Assembly: GCA_963695345.1 (NCBI GenBank)
Contig: OY968769.1
Coordinates: 1,280,001 to 1,344,000, forward strand
Source of the DNA: an uncultured Methanomassiliicoccales archaeon
GTDB taxonomy: Archaea > Thermoplasmatota > Thermoplasmata > Methanomassiliicoccales > UBA472
Reading direction: 5' to 3'
DNA: 64,000 nt
Shown: piece after piece, positions 29,888 to 40,838 of the stretch
Position numbering within the stretch: the first letter of the stretch is position 1
Layout: each line of letters starts with the position of its first letter
The notes under the pieces: model-generated
The model's database searches: none
What the model was told of the DNA's origin: nothing
Seen by the model: the letters and a program-made list of their open reading frames with translations, nothing else
Made by a program: the position numbers and the translations under genes

Positions 29888-30895
29888 CTAGTCAAGACGC
29901 CCCAGTTTCCTGAGCACGGCCAACGATCTCAGAGTGACCCATTGGCTCGGTGCACCCTGTTTTTCGATATTGGTCAGAAGCCTTCCGGCGTAGCTCCGCT
30001 CGTTCCTCCATTTGCCATCGGGCATGCGTTTGGAGAGTACCAGTTCGATGGCGTCCTCCATCCTTTCATCCCGGTATCCCAGGTCGGTGAGCACCTCGAG
30101 CATCTCCAGGACGTCCGTGTCCCACAAGAGGGGAAATCCCAGGTTGGTCCACCCTTTCTTGGCTATCTCATCTGGCGCGTGGCTCCTCTTATAGAGTCTG
30201 TGTTTGAGAAGGTGCTCTGCTCCCTCCGAGACAACTTTATCCAGGGCTGGTGACCATTCCTCCCTGGGGATTGCCGAAATGGCCTTGAGGTCCTTGACGA
30301 CCCCCATGTGGCAGGTATGTCTTCCCCAGCAATTCTTCCTGGTGTATGGCCAGCCCTTCGGTGCCGGGCCCTCGTTGTCATCGAAACGCTGGTATCTCGC
30401 TATCCATTCGAGGCCGGCCCGGACCCGGGCATCGTCCTTCATTCCGAATCGCACCATGGACCAGACGAGGTTGCCCGTCAGGCAAGGCAGGATGCTGTCG
30501 CCGGTGCTTCCTTCGGCATTCCCTTGATACCCGAATCCGCCGCTCTCGTGCTGGGACCAGTTCAAGAGGAATTCGGACGCCGCCCTGATCCTCCCATCAC
30601 TTCCGTCGGCACCGAGCTGGGCCAGGAGAATGAAGTTCCAGACGGTGCCCTTGTATTTTGCACCGATATAGAATTGCTCCTCTTGGCCCCAGAACCCTCC
30701 CGGCTCTTGTGAGGCAAGGATCTTCGAAATCGGTCCCGACCTCATCGCCTCATTGAGGGCGCAAGATACCTCCTTAACCGATTGAGGGTAACCAGCCAGC
30801 TTCGTCATGGCGGCTAGCCTAACCGAGGGATCGCCGGATGATAGAAGCCAGTCGACGATCTCCTGATCAGCTTTTTCGACTCCCTGGGACATCAC
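29888..30895 (-). CDS. Prenyltransferase/squalene-oxidase-repeat (alpha-alpha toroid) protein
   Basis: Repeated Q...G.W and Q..SGGF motifs, KR..DGKW, W.TLR.L. Confidence 0.7.
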   Translation of the reverse strand: MMSQGVEKADQEIVDWLLSSGDPSVRLAAMTKLAGYPQSVKEVSCALNEAMRSGPISKILASQEPGGFWGQEEQFYIGAKYKGTVWNFILLAQLGADGSDGRIRAASEFLLNWSQHESGGFGYQGNAEGSTGDSILPCLTGNLVWSMVRFGMKDDARVRAGLEWIARYQRFDDNEGPAPKGWPYTRKNCWGRHTCHMGVVKDLKAISAIPREEWSPALDKVVSEGAEHLLKHRLYKRSHAPDEIAKKGWTNLGFPLLWDTDVLEMLEVLTDLGYRDERMEDAIELVLSKRMPDGKWRNERSYAGRLLTNIEKQGAPSQWVTLRSLAVLRKLGRLD

Positions 30896-30971
30896 TGCAA
30901 CGATTGACGAGTTCCCTAATTAATGCTGCTGAGCGTTAACCATAACTATCAGTTGGAGAGATAACCATGGT

Positions 30972-31773
30972 ATGGTCTGGCATGCAGCCGTCATGATCGC
31001 CTACGACGGGCGCGAGTTCACCGGGTCCCAGAGGCAGCCGGACAAGAGGACGGTGGAGGACGAGTGCATCCGGGCTTTGAAGAAGATACATGCCATCGAC
31101 TCGGTCGAAGATTCACGGTTCAGGGTCGCCAGCCGGACGGACCGCGGGGTTTCCGCGCTATGCAATGTGATCGTTTTCGAGACCGGCTTCAGGCCGGACC
31201 TGCTTTTGCAGGCGTTGAACGCTGCATCCGAGACGGTCTACTTCTACGCCTATGCCGAAGTTGGGTCGGATTTCTCCCCCCGTAGAGCAAAGCAACGTTG
31301 GTATCGTTATTTCCTTGCATTCGAGGATGGCATGGACCTTGACCTCATGGACCAAGCCGCCCAGGAGCTTCGTTGGAAGGCACGACTTCCGTAGGTTCTG
31401 CAAGGCCGAGGGTAAGGGTTCGGAGAAGACCATAGATTCGATCGTGCTGACCCGTTTGGGGGACATGGTCGTGATCGACATCAAAGGGCGCGAGTTCCTT
31501 CGCAACATGGTCAGACGTGTTGTGGCTGCACTATCCTCCGTTTCGGAAGGGAGTTCGACCTTAGAGGACGTGATGGAAGCTCTGCAAGGCCGCGAGGTGT
31601 CATTCGGACTCGCCCCGCCTGAAGGATTGATACTCATGCAGATCGACTACGGAATACAATTTATTGAGATGTGCCCCCCCACGCTTGAGCGTAAGACCCG
31701 TGGGAAAAGGGCTGAAAAAATGATCGAGCTCCTCTTCTACGATTCTCTTTCGGCCAGATGTGGATTGGATTAA
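30972..31773 (+). CDS. truA: tRNA pseudouridine(38-40) synthase (frameshift ~31365)
   Basis: YDG..F.G.Q.QP and SRTD.GV.A, then G.HDF, FLRNMVR and APP.GL in a second frame. Confidence 0.92.
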
Positions 31774-31834
31774 TCATCCAGCATATAGATTTCTGGTATA
31801 TTAGTATTTAAGTTTAACTGTAGCATGCTCCGAA

Positions 31835-31955
31835 TCCCTTCAAATAGGCCCTCCGCAGTCCGTGATTTAGGCTGAAGGAAGCAGCCTAGTAGGTCTTTGG
31901 AGAAGGACCATGGGGAAACACGACGCCGGGACGGAGCGAAAACTCCGTCCCGCAT
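31835..31955 (+). ncRNA. Candidate structured small RNA
   Basis: TATTTAAG upstream, a three-way junction and a perfect 10-bp hairpin in the truA-kinase gap. No family recognised and strand uncertain. Confidence 0.3.
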
Positions 31956-31994
31956 GATATCCGCTTTTTAATGTGGACCGCGTTATTGCCGCTC

Positions 31995-32523
31995 GTGAAG
32001 TTGGCTCTGACAGGTACTCCGGGAACAGGCAAGTCCACCATCGCCAATATTCTGGCGTCCAGAGGGCTCAAGGTCATTGAGCTTGGGGACCTGGCCAAAG
32101 AAAAGAAATTGTTGGAGAGGTTCGATCGAAGGCGCGGCACCCATGAGGTGGACGTCAGGAAACTGGACCTGGCAGTGGATCAGACAGACACCACTGGGAC
32201 GACGATATTGGTGGGGCACCTGTCACATCTCATCTCTTCGGACATGATAATCGTCCTGCGATGCCGCCCGTCGGTGCTTGGCCGAGCGGCTAAGGTCCCG
32301 CGGCTATCCGGAGAAGAAGATGGCGGAGAACGCAGAAGCCGAGGCCTTGGACGTCATTCTGGTGGAGTCCGTGGAGACTGGCCGGGAGGTATACGAGATC
32401 GATACCACCGCCATTTCGGCGGAAGCGGCGGCTGACGCCGTCGTCATGATACTGGCCGGAGAAAAGGAGAAGTACGCCATCGGAAATATCGACTGGAGCG
32501 AGGAGGCATTGAACTGGTCCTAG
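31995..32523 (+). CDS. Archaeal AK6/Fap7-type nucleoside monophosphate kinase (frameshift ~32280)
   Basis: TGTPGTGKST, HLSH, RL..RGY...K..EN..AE. Confidence 0.9.
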
Positions 32524-33154
32524 ATTCTAAGCGCGGCAAGGTGGAATTCATTCTCACCCCGATAGCGAAATCGCTGACCCGGTTCTCACCCAACTTCATC
32601 TCCGGGATGTCCCTCGTCGTAGCGATCTTCGCGGCGCTGGCCACTTTCTACAGTCCGGAGCATTGGCAGATCCTGCTGCCAATGGTCACGGTCCTCGTCC
32701 TGGTTTCCGGGCTGTTCGATGCCCTCGACGGCAAGGTGGCCCGGCTAACCGGCAAGACCTCGAAGCGGGGGGATTTCCTGGACCATGTCCTTGACCGTTA
32801 CGCGGACGTGCTGATGATCGGGGCCGTGGCCGTCAGTGCCTGGTGCAATCCCTATCTGGGGATGGCGGCGATAATCGGAGTCCTGCTCACCAGTTACATG
32901 GGGACCCAAGCCCAGGCGGTAGGCGCGGGGAGGAGATACTCTGGCCTCCTGGGCCGGGCGGACCGGATAGTACTGTCTCTGACATCCCCCTGGTGCAGTT
33001 GGTGATCATGTCGTGAACGGGGATGGATGGCTGACGTTCGGGTCCATACGCCTGTCCGCCTTCGAGACTGATGATGCTGTGGTTCGCGGTGGTCGGTAAC
33101 CTTACCGCCATCCAGCGGGCCTGGGGCACCTGGAAGGAACTAGAGGGAAAATGA
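32514..33154 (+). CDS. CDP-alcohol phosphatidyltransferase (frameshifted near the C-terminus, possible CTG start)
   Basis: D.LDG.VAR.....S..G..LD...DR..D signature. Ends GNLTAIQRAWGTWKELEGK*. Confidence 0.88.
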
Positions 33155-34238
33155 TCATTTCTTGGGCGCTTCTTCCTTCCCCTTCTCAGGCGGTTTCACC
33201 TCGGTCTTGCTCCTCTTCATGTCGATGGTCTTGAACCGGTAATAGTTAAGCGGGTGCCGGATCTTTCCTGAGCGGCACATCGCGTCCTGATCGACGCAGA
33301 TGCCGTTGGTCCTCATGGTGGAGCATTCCGGGCAGGAATACTTCTTGCCCATGCCGTCCCCGGTTATGTGCCTGACCTGGTATTCGGTCATCTTGTTGTC
33401 GAAGTCCGGTGACGTATAGAAGGTCCTGATGATCTGGTCGGTCGGCATGCCGATATAGTTCAGGAATGTGACCATGGCGAAACGCCCGGCGTGGGGCATG
33501 TTCTTGCCTGCCTGGGCCTGCGATACCAGCGCCTTCATGCAAGGAGGGAAGTTCACGATCCGCACCTCCCCGAACTCGTTCCCCTTGTACTTGCTGCGTA
33601 TCTCCTCGACCTGGGCGGAGACCTCGCCCACCTCTTCTCTGAAAGCCTCTATGATGGCCTCGGTCACGGGCAGCGGCAGCTCGTGCTCGATCTTTTCATC
33701 CAGGGCCTGCTCCAGAACCCTGGAGAACTTGACCTTGGACAGGGAGATGTAACCCTTCTTGACCTCTTGGTTCACCAGTTTCCATTCCTTACCGCGGATG
33801 CCGGAAGTGTACCTCAGGAAATCGCAGAAATGCATCGACGGCAGCTCGCCATCAAGTTGTGCACGAAACCCCCAGATCGGCGGCCACCTCCATCTGCAGG
33901 TACACATCCTCGGTGTGAAAGCCTCTCGGCCAAGGTCTTGGCCTCGCCCATGGCGTATCGTCCTGATCAGGAAATCATCGCCCACGCTGGAGACGATCAT
34001 CCTTGCCACCGGATAGGAGAGGAGCTCGGCCAGGAACATCTTCCTCCGTGCTCGGTCGAGTTGGTCTGGATCTTTGTGTCGTTCAACGCGTCCAAGACCC
34101 GTCTTCCGACCCCTTCTCCTCGCCTCCGGATACGCAGCTTTGGCTCATCAGGTCCTCCAGGGAGACCCTCATGCTCCTGACGAATCTCAGAAGCCCCCTT
34201 GACAAAAGGGTATCGGGCCAAGGAACTTCGTCATCCAT
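33155..34238 (-). CDS. priL: DNA primase large subunit (several N-terminal frameshifts)
   Basis: LARYPF N-terminus, FPPCM, H.GRF, YQVRHI, C..C...C Fe-S ligands, HPL.YY. Confidence 0.9.
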
Positions 34239-34305
34239 CGGGTGATTGTGAGCGGCATCCCGATATTTATGGGCATTCCGTCAATGCAGCCGAACGGTCG
34301 TGCTG

Positions 34306-35922
34306 TCAAACTGAGAAGTCCAACATCTCCGCCAGGGTCTCCCCCACCGAGCGATCGTCCATCGAAGCGATGAATTCCTCCTTGGACCGGTAGGGACGAT
34401 GGACGAGGATGTTCGCCGCCCGCTTCTTGCCGACGAAGGGGAGCGAGGCTATCGCCGCGAGCGAACATTTGTTGATCCGGAGCGGGTGCTCCACGGCCGT
34501 CAGGCTCCGGTAGCCGTGACCGCTCACCACCGCGTCGACGAACTTGCCCAGTTCGATAGGATAGGAAAAACCCACCAGCAGAGGATAGGTACCGATCTGG
34601 CGGCCGAAGGTGGTCTTACCCTCGTTCATCTCGGTGTACACCCGGCGAAGGACGGTCCCCAGCGGCGCGACCCGTTCCAGCATCGGCCGGTCAATGGTCT
34701 CCCGGACCTTCTGCTTGAATTTGACGAACTCGGAATGGGAAACGCCCTGGTCGAAGGCCCGCCGGATGCCGATGACCTGCCGGATGTTGATGCGGCGGAC
34801 CAGGAGGCCCCTTCCAAGCACGGAGCTGAGGAAATCATAGTCCAACTGCAGGGTCTTCTTCGTCTCACCGTCCAGACCGATGATGAAGTTCAGACCCGGC
34901 AGCACCGCGGGTAGGCCAGTCGGTCCACGTTCCCGGCCGATCTGATTGATCAGCTCGATAGCCTGCATCACCTGATCCGCTGAGGCGTTCAGGTTGTTCG
35001 CGGAAACGACCGCCGGATCGGCGCTCTCCATGCCCAATGCCAGGACGTTTCCGCTCGTACAGTGGCGCACTATGCTTCGGAGTATCTGCCCCGACTCTTC
35101 CGGATGCGCCGCGATGACGGCGGGATTGGCATTGTCCAGGTGGAGCAGGTCCACCCCGAGCGAGGCCACTCCGGACAACAGTTCTTCGATCGCTTCCGGA
35201 TCTGGCCGGGGGGTCTCCGTCCCGTCTAGATGCGCGTGATATGAAATGAAGCAGGTTTGCGCCCCAAGGCGGAAATTGCGTACCCCCAGGTCATGCAGTC
35301 TCTTGCATTCGGCTACGATGTCCTGCGGTTCCCGGCAGACCGGGACGCCTTTTAGCGGTTCCACGCAGAAGGAGCAGCCACCGCTCTTGTATCTCACACA
35401 CCCGCGATAGGTCTCGATCTCGGCAACCAACGGCTGGGGGAAATCCCGATGTTTGGTGACGATGTCCGCCCCTATCATGAGCCACCGGTTCCACTCCTCG
35501 ACCGTTCTCCATCGATTTGTTGGGACGCCGCCATCGATAAAGTCGAACAGGCAGCTCGCGGGGTCACGCGTGGCGATGATGTCGAAAAGACCGGAGGTCT
35601 CGATGTCCTTCTCCATCGTCAGAGGCCCTCCGAGGATCTTGATGCCGCCCATCAAAGGCAGGAATCTCTCGACCTCCCGCCTTGATGCCGGGGAAGCCCT
35701 GATGTACCTGCCGGGGACGGCGCTCCCCGTAAGGAAGATCACGACATCTGCCTTCTCTGCAAGCCTTCCTTGCCGCAGATCATCGATGGTGCGGTAGCTG
35801 GCTTCCGCACCGGCGTCCTTCGCCGCACCATAGGCTGCCCTTACCAGCGGATGGATATAGGGAGGTACTCCAAGTGATCCCGGCTCATCGATGTATCCAT
35901 CGATCACTGCGACAAGCGTCAT
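34306..35922 (-). CDS. Radical SAM protein with TRAM and C-terminal helix-hairpin-helix domains
   Basis: DGY.DEP..LGVPPY, ETYRGC-X7-CSFC, GRQ.GTYP, LPFVGKKRA. Confidence 0.88.
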   Translation of the reverse strand: MTLVAVIDGYIDEPGSLGVPPYIHPLVRAAYGAAKDAGAEASYRTIDDLRQGRLAEKADVVIFLTGSAVPGRYIRASPASRREVERFLPLMGGIKILGGPLTMEKDIETSGLFDIIATRDPASCLFDFIDGGVPTNRWRTVEEWNRWLMIGADIVTKHRDFPQPLVAEIETYRGCVRYKSGGCSFCVEPLKGVPVCREPQDIVAECKRLHDLGVRNFRLGAQTCFISYHAHLDGTETPRPDPEAIEELLSGVASLGVDLLHLDNANPAVIAAHPEESGQILRSIVRHCTSGNVLALGMESADPAVVSANNLNASADQVMQAIELINQIGRERGPTGLPAVLPGLNFIIGLDGETKKTLQLDYDFLSSVLGRGLLVRRINIRQVIGIRRAFDQGVSHSEFVKFKQKVRETIDRPMLERVAPLGTVLRRVYTEMNEGKTTFGRQIGTYPLLVGFSYPIELGKFVDAVVSGHGYRSLTAVEHPLRINKCSLAAIASLPFVGKKRAANILVHRPYRSKEEFIASMDDRSVGETLAEMLDFSV

Positions 35923-36025
35923 GCTAGAGCGGCACTCCAAAATAAATAAAATAAGCCTGCTGCCCTTGCAGCCAGGCGGTCTAGGTATGCAACGATAATA
36001 TTCAAAGTCGTTTCTTGGGTCAGCC

Positions 36026-36292
36026 TCAGATGAGGCCGACCTCCACCGTCTCAACGTTCTGGATGCCTTCTACTGAGCGGTAGACTTCTTCCAGCTTCTC
36101 GATCAAGCCCCCGGAGTCCAGCATGATCGTGGTTACTTCGAGCATGCTCAATCCAAAGGCGAGCGGCTTGACCTCGGACCGGACGACCTTGACGCCTTCT
36201 GGGACGATGGTCGGGATCTTCTTCGAGAGCCCCTCTAGGTCGTAGTCGGTTGAATCTGGCATTAGGTGATGAACGGCGGCGACCTGTCCCAT
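36026..36292 (-). CDS. ef1b: Elongation factor 1-beta
   Basis: MG.V....MP.S, PLAFGL..L motifs. Confidence 0.92.
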   Translation of the reverse strand: MGQVAAVHHLMPDSTDYDLEGLSKKIPTIVPEGVKVVRSEVKPLAFGLSMLEVTTIMLDSGGLIEKLEEVYRSVEGIQNVETVEVGLI

Positions 36293-36303
36293 TGTGAACA
36301 CCC

Positions 36304-36471
36304 TTAAGGTCCGGTGAACCCGCACTTGTCACACTTGTACTTAACACTCTGGTCGCGGCAGTTGGAGCATCTCCCGATCTCGGTGACACCGCACTGGGGG
36401 CACTTGAAGAAGGTGATACCCTTTCCGACCAATCTCTTGCCGCATGAACTGCAGACTTTCTCATTCTCCAT
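36304..36471 (-). CDS. Small Zn-ribbon protein (DUF1610-like, 55 aa)
   Basis: Below the ORF-track cutoff: [14 protein letters not shown]...FKCPQCG...RCSNCR...[11 protein letters not shown], four CxxC motifs, in the usual position upstream of EF-1beta. Confidence 0.9.
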   Translation of the reverse strand: MENEKVCSSCGKRLVGKGITFFKCPQCGVTEIGRCSNCRDQSVKYKCDKCGFTGP

Positions 36472-36713
36472 AGCAATCGCTCGTGCGAGATTAGACTTCT
36501 TGTATAAATATATAAGGGGGTTCCGAAGACCGCAAATAATCCTTTAGAACATCGCAAACAAATATGTTCTCATCTGAGATTACGGAAATGATAGTATATC
36601 GATACATGACAGGTTGATGACCTCTCCAATAATCTCCGTGTCCTTGAGTTGAAGAGAAAGATTAAATAACGGCACCGGATTCTCTCGGCTCTGCACGCCG
36701 GCATACCTACCAA

Positions 36714-36846
36714 GGGCCTGTAGCTCAGCTAGGTAGGACGTTTGGTCACAAGCGTCCCTAGAAAGAGCAGCTGGCTTTTAACCAGCTGGCCAAGGGTTCG
36801 AATCATCCACGGTAACTCCGTGATGTCGAAAATCCCTTCAGGCCCG
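36714..36846 (+). tRNA. tRNA-Lys(UUU) with two non-canonical introns
   Basis: Removing 36735-36763 and 36803-36832 gives GGGCCTG TA GCTC AGCTAGGTA GAGC A GCTGG CTTTTAA CCAGC TGGCC AAGGG TTCGAAT CCCTT CAGGCCC G. Confidence 0.9.
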
Positions 36847-36978
36847 CTTGCGTAGGCAAAGAAACGACATGGGAGATCGAAAAGTGAACATCCGTTTCGA
36901 GAGATTCCGATGCATTTTTATAAGGCCGCTACTTAGTATGAAAGAAGGTCCGGGCTTAATTTCGTCGAGGTGATAGCT

Positions 36979-37242
36979 ATGGTCGACACTGTACAGTTTA
37001 ACGTCTTAGAGCACGACCTCGTGCCAGAGCATTATTTGTTATCGGACGAGGATACGAAGAAGGTACTGGCCTCTTTGAGGATCCAGAAAGACCAGTTGCC
37101 AAAGATCCGAAAGGGCGACGCCTGCATCAGGCTTCTGGAGAACATTGAAGGCCCTATCACCGAGGGTAGAGTGGTCAAGATTGTGCGCCGGAGCGCGACC
37201 GCTGAGACCACCGTTGCCTATCGCTTAGTTGTCAGAGGGTGA
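36979..37242 (+). CDS. rpoH: RNA polymerase subunit H (Rpo5)
   Basis: H.LVPEH, QLPKI...[11 protein letters not shown]....YR.V. Confidence 0.96.
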   Translation: MVDTVQFNVLEHDLVPEHYLLSDEDTKKVLASLRIQKDQLPKIRKGDACIRLLENIEGPITEGRVVKIVRRSATAETTVAYRLVVRG

Positions 37243-40200
37243 ATTCGTTGCGTGACCTAGTCGAACTCTATTTCAAAGAAAGAAGCATAGTGAATCATCA
37301 CATCTCCAGCTTTGACGACTTCTTGTCGACGTTGGACAATCCGAACAGCAGGATGCAGAAGATCGTCGACAACCTGCGTGTTTCCGCCGAGGACCTGGAC
37401 AGAGGGTTCATAAGGCTCGACCCGGACAAGACCGACGGCCGGATCGTGGAGATCCGCGTCGGTAGGAAGCGGGACGAGAAGACCGGGAACATCGACAACC
37501 AGTCGCGCCCGACCATACATGTCGGATTGCCGGTCGTCCGTGAGGCGAACGGTTACGTCCATGATCTCACCCCCATGGAGGCCAGACTAAGGAACCTGAA
37601 CTATCTGGCCCCCGTTTATCTGGATTTCACCGTCGTCGAGGACGGGATAGAGAAGGAACCGGAAAGGGTCCACATCGGTGACCTGCCGGTCATGGTCAAG
37701 TCGAAGAAATGCACCCTCTACAAGGAGAACATGGAGCAGGAGAGGGAGATCAACGACCATGAGTATAGCCAACGCCTGATGAAGGCCGGCGAGGACCCGA
37801 TGGACCCGGGCGGATACTTCATCATCGGCGGAACGGAGAGGGTATTGATCACCCTCGAGGACCTGGCCCCGAACAGGGTCATGGTCGAGTACAACGAGCG
37901 GTATGGCACCAAGCTCGAGGTCGCCAAGGTGTTCTCGCAGAGGGAAGGCCACCGGGCGCTCACCCTGGTCGAGAAGAAGCGGGACGGCATGCTCATGGTC
38001 ACGGTACCAGCAGCCTCCGGACAGATCCCGCTGGTCGCCCTGATGAAGGCGCTAGGAATGAAGACGGACGAGGAGATATTCGAAGCCGTCGCGTCCATGC
38101 CTGAGATGCATAACATCGTTTACGCTAACATCGAGGAATGCCAGGACAAGAAGCTGTTCCCGCCGAACGGAATTTTCACCCCGGACGACGCGAACCTGTA
38201 CCTGGAACGCAAGTTCGCCACCGGTCAGGCGAAGGAATACCGTCTGAAGAAGGTCGAGTCGATCATCGACCGGTCCCTGCTGCCCCACTTGGGCGATACC
38301 AAGGACGACCGGATGAAGAAGGCCATCTTCCTCGGAAGGATCGCCAGGTCCGTGCTCGAACTCTATCTGGAGAAGCGCGGTGAGGACGACAAGGACCACT
38401 ACGCCAACAAGAGGCTGAAGCTGTCCGGTGACCTCATGGAGGACCTGTTCCGGGTGGCGTTCACCAACCTCATGAAGGACCTGAAGTACCAGCTGGAACG
38501 CTCGTATGCCAGGAAGAAGGACCTGAGGATCGCCAGCGCGATCCGTCCGGACCTGCTGACGCACCGTTTGCTGCACGCTCTGGCCACCGGCAACTGGGTC
38601 GGCGGAAGGGCAGGCGTATCGCAGCTGCTGGACCGCACGTCCAACATGTCCACCGCCTCTCACCTGAGGCGCGTTACCTCTTCGCTTACCCGGTCCCAGC
38701 CTCACTTCGAGGCGCGTGACCTGCACCCGACCCAATGGGGCCGATTGTGCCCCAGCGAGACGCCGGAAGGTCAGAACTGCGGACTGGTGAAGAATGCCGC
38801 GCTGATCATCGATGTCTCGGAAGGCTTCCGCGAGGAGGATGTCGCCTACCTGCTGAAGGACCTCGGGGTCAAGGAGGTCAAGGGGCAGAAGAGCGGCACC
38901 CGCGTCTATGTCAACGGCGATTTGAAAGGTGTCTCGGAGAAGGCCAAAGAGCTCATCGCCGAGATGCGTCACCGCCGGCGCAGCGGTCTGCTCTCCCACG
39001 AGATCAACATCCGCTTCGACCACGAGATGGACGAGGTCATCATCAACTGCGACGAAGGCCGTCTCAGAAGGCCGCTGCTGGTCGTGAACGACGGCAAACT
39101 GGCCCTGACCCGCAAGAACATCGAGGACATCCGCGAGGGCAAGAGCAAGTGGTCCGACCTGATACGCGAGGGCGTTCTGGAATGGATCGATGCCGAGGAA
39201 GAGGAGGACGCCTTCATATGCGTCGACCCCTTCGAGGTACCGGAAAGATGCGACAAGTGCTCCCGTGCCCTGTCCCCCATTGACGTCGACTGGATGAACC
39301 CAGGTACGACCGACAAGCAGGCCAACCTGAAGTGCAAGCACTGCAACCAGATCATATCCGGAAAGCTGCTTATGCAGAAGGACCACACCCACATGGAAGT
39401 GGACCCGATGGTCATTCTCGGTGTCTGCGCCGGCCTGGTCCCGTATCCGGAACACAACTCCTCTCCACGTGTCACCATGGGAGCAGGTATGTCGAAGCAG
39501 TCCCTGGGATTGGCTTCCAGCAACTACCGGAAGAGGCCAGACACCCGCGGGCACGTGATGCACTACCCGCAGAAGCCGATGGTGCAGACCAAGACCATGG
39601 AGTTCGTGGCGTTCAACGAGAGGCCGGCTGGCCAGAACTTTGTCGTCGCGATCCTTTCCTACCACGGCTACAACATGGAAGATGCGCTTATCCTGAACCG
39701 CGCCAGTGTCGAGCGCGGCCTGGGACGTTCCTCGTTCATGAGGACGTACAGGGCGGAAGAGCGCCGCTACCCCGGCGGACAGGAGGACCACTTCGAGATC
39801 CCGCCGCCCGATGTCAGGGGAGCGAGACAGGACCTATCATACAGCAATCTGGGAGAGGACGGGCTGATCAGCCCGGAGACCTCCGTCACCGGCGGCGACG
39901 TGCTGATCGGTAAGACCTCACCGCCGAGGTTCCTGGAAGAGGAGACCGACTTCCTCACGCCCCAGAAGAGGCGCGAGACCTCCATAACCTGCCGTGCGGG
40001 AGAGACTGGATGGGTCGACTCGGTCATGCTGACGGAGTCTGAGAACGGTTCCCGCCTGGTCAAGATCCGCGTCCGTGACGAGAGGATACCGGAACTGGGA
40101 GACAAGTTCGCCTCCAGGCATGGGCAGAAGGGAGTTATCGGACTCATTGCGCCGCCGGAGGACCTGCCGTTCACAACCGACGGCATAATACCGGACCTGG

Positions 40201-40838
40201 TCATCAACCCGCACGCTATCCCGTCCCGTATGACCGTCGCCCACATCCTGGAGATGGTCGGAGGGAAGGTCGGCTCCATGGAGTCGAGGCTCATCGACGG
40301 CACTCCTTTCTCCGGTGAGAGGGAGGACGCTATCCGCGAGTCGCTGGTGCGCAACGGGTTCATGCATTCTGGCAGGGAGGTCATGTATGACGGCCTCACC
40401 GGTCAGATGATCGGTGCGGACATCTTCATCGGGGTCATCTACTACCAGAAACTGCACCACATGGTGTCGGGTAAGATGCACGTCCGGTCAAGGGGACCGG
40501 TCCAGATACTTACCAGGCAACCGACCGAGGGCCGTTCCAGGCAAGGTGGTCTGAGGTTCGGTGAGATGGAAAGGGACTGTCTCATCGGCCACGGAGCCGC
40601 GATGGTCATCAAGGACCGTCTGCTGGACGAGTCCGACGGAACGTTCCAATACGTCTGCGGGAACGGTAACTGCGGCCACATGGCCATGCTCGACCGGCGC
40701 GGCTCGCTGCGGTGCCCGGTGTGCGGAAACAACACCAACGTGCACTTGGTCCAGACCTCATACGCGTTCAAGTTGCTCCTGGATGAGCTGCTGTCGCTTG
40801 GGGTCGCTATGCGTCTTCAACTGGAGGACTTGCGATGA
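37239..40838 (+). CDS. rpoB: RNA polymerase subunit B (Rpo2, unsplit)
   Basis: [33 protein letters not shown]. Confidence 0.98.
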   Translation: MNSLRDLVELYFKERSIVNHHISSFDDFLSTLDNPNSRMQKIVDNLRVSAEDLDRGFIRLDPDKTDGRIVEIRVGRKRDEKTGNIDNQSRPTIHVGLPVVREANGYVHDLTPMEARLRNLNYLAPVYLDFTVVEDGIEKEPERVHIGDLPVMVKSKKCTLYKENMEQEREINDHEYSQRLMKAGEDPMDPGGYFIIGGTERVLITLEDLAPNRVMVEYNERYGTKLEVAKVFSQREGHRALTLVEKKRDGMLMVTVPAASGQIPLVALMKALGMKTDEEIFEAVASMPEMHNIVYANIEECQDKKLFPPNGIFTPDDANLYLERKFATGQAKEYRLKKVESIIDRSLLPHLGDTKDDRMKKAIFLGRIARSVLELYLEKRGEDDKDHYANKRLKLSGDLMEDLFRVAFTNLMKDLKYQLERSYARKKDLRIASAIRPDLLTHRLLHALATGNWVGGRAGVSQLLDRTSNMSTASHLRRVTSSLTRSQPHFEARDLHPTQWGRLCPSETPEGQNCGLVKNAALIIDVSEGFREEDVAYLLKDLGVKEVKGQKSGTRVYVNGDLKGVSEKAKELIAEMRHRRRSGLLSHEINIRFDHEMDEVIINCDEGRLRRPLLVVNDGKLALTRKNIEDIREGKSKWSDLIREGVLEWIDAEEEEDAFICVDPFEVPERCDKCSRALSPIDVDWMNPGTTDKQANLKCKHCNQIISGKLLMQKDHTHMEVDPMVILGVCAGLVPYPEHNSSPRVTMGAGMSKQSLGLASSNYRKRPDTRGHVMHYPQKPMVQTKTMEFVAFNERPAGQNFVVAILSYHGYNMEDALILNRASVERGLGRSSFMRTYRAEERRYPGGQEDHFEIPPPDVRGARQDLSYSNLGEDGLISPETSVTGGDVLIGKTSPPRFLEEETDFLTPQKRRETSITCRAGETGWVDSVMLTESENGSRLVKIRVRDERIPELGDKFASRHGQKGVIGLIAPPEDLPFTTDGIIPDLVINPHAIPSRMTVAHILEMVGGKVGSMESRLIDGTPFSGEREDAIRESLVRNGFMHSGREVMYDGLTGQMIGADIFIGVIYYQKLHHMVSGKMHVRSRGPVQILTRQPTEGRSRQGGLRFGEMERDCLIGHGAAMVIKDRLLDESDGTFQYVCGNGNCGHMAMLDRRGSLRCPVCGNNTNVHLVQTSYAFKLLLDELLSLGVAMRLQLEDLR

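Noticed and set aside
29888-30895. Nitrogenase-related function, as this family is sometimes labelled NifH
   Set aside because: No P-loop or NifH Cys motifs; the sequence has prenyltransferase-like repeats.
31868-31890. GAAGGAAGCAGC resembling the SRP RNA conserved loop
   Set aside because: The upstream CAGG-NCC-GNRA arrangement is missing and the gap is too short for archaeal 7S RNA.
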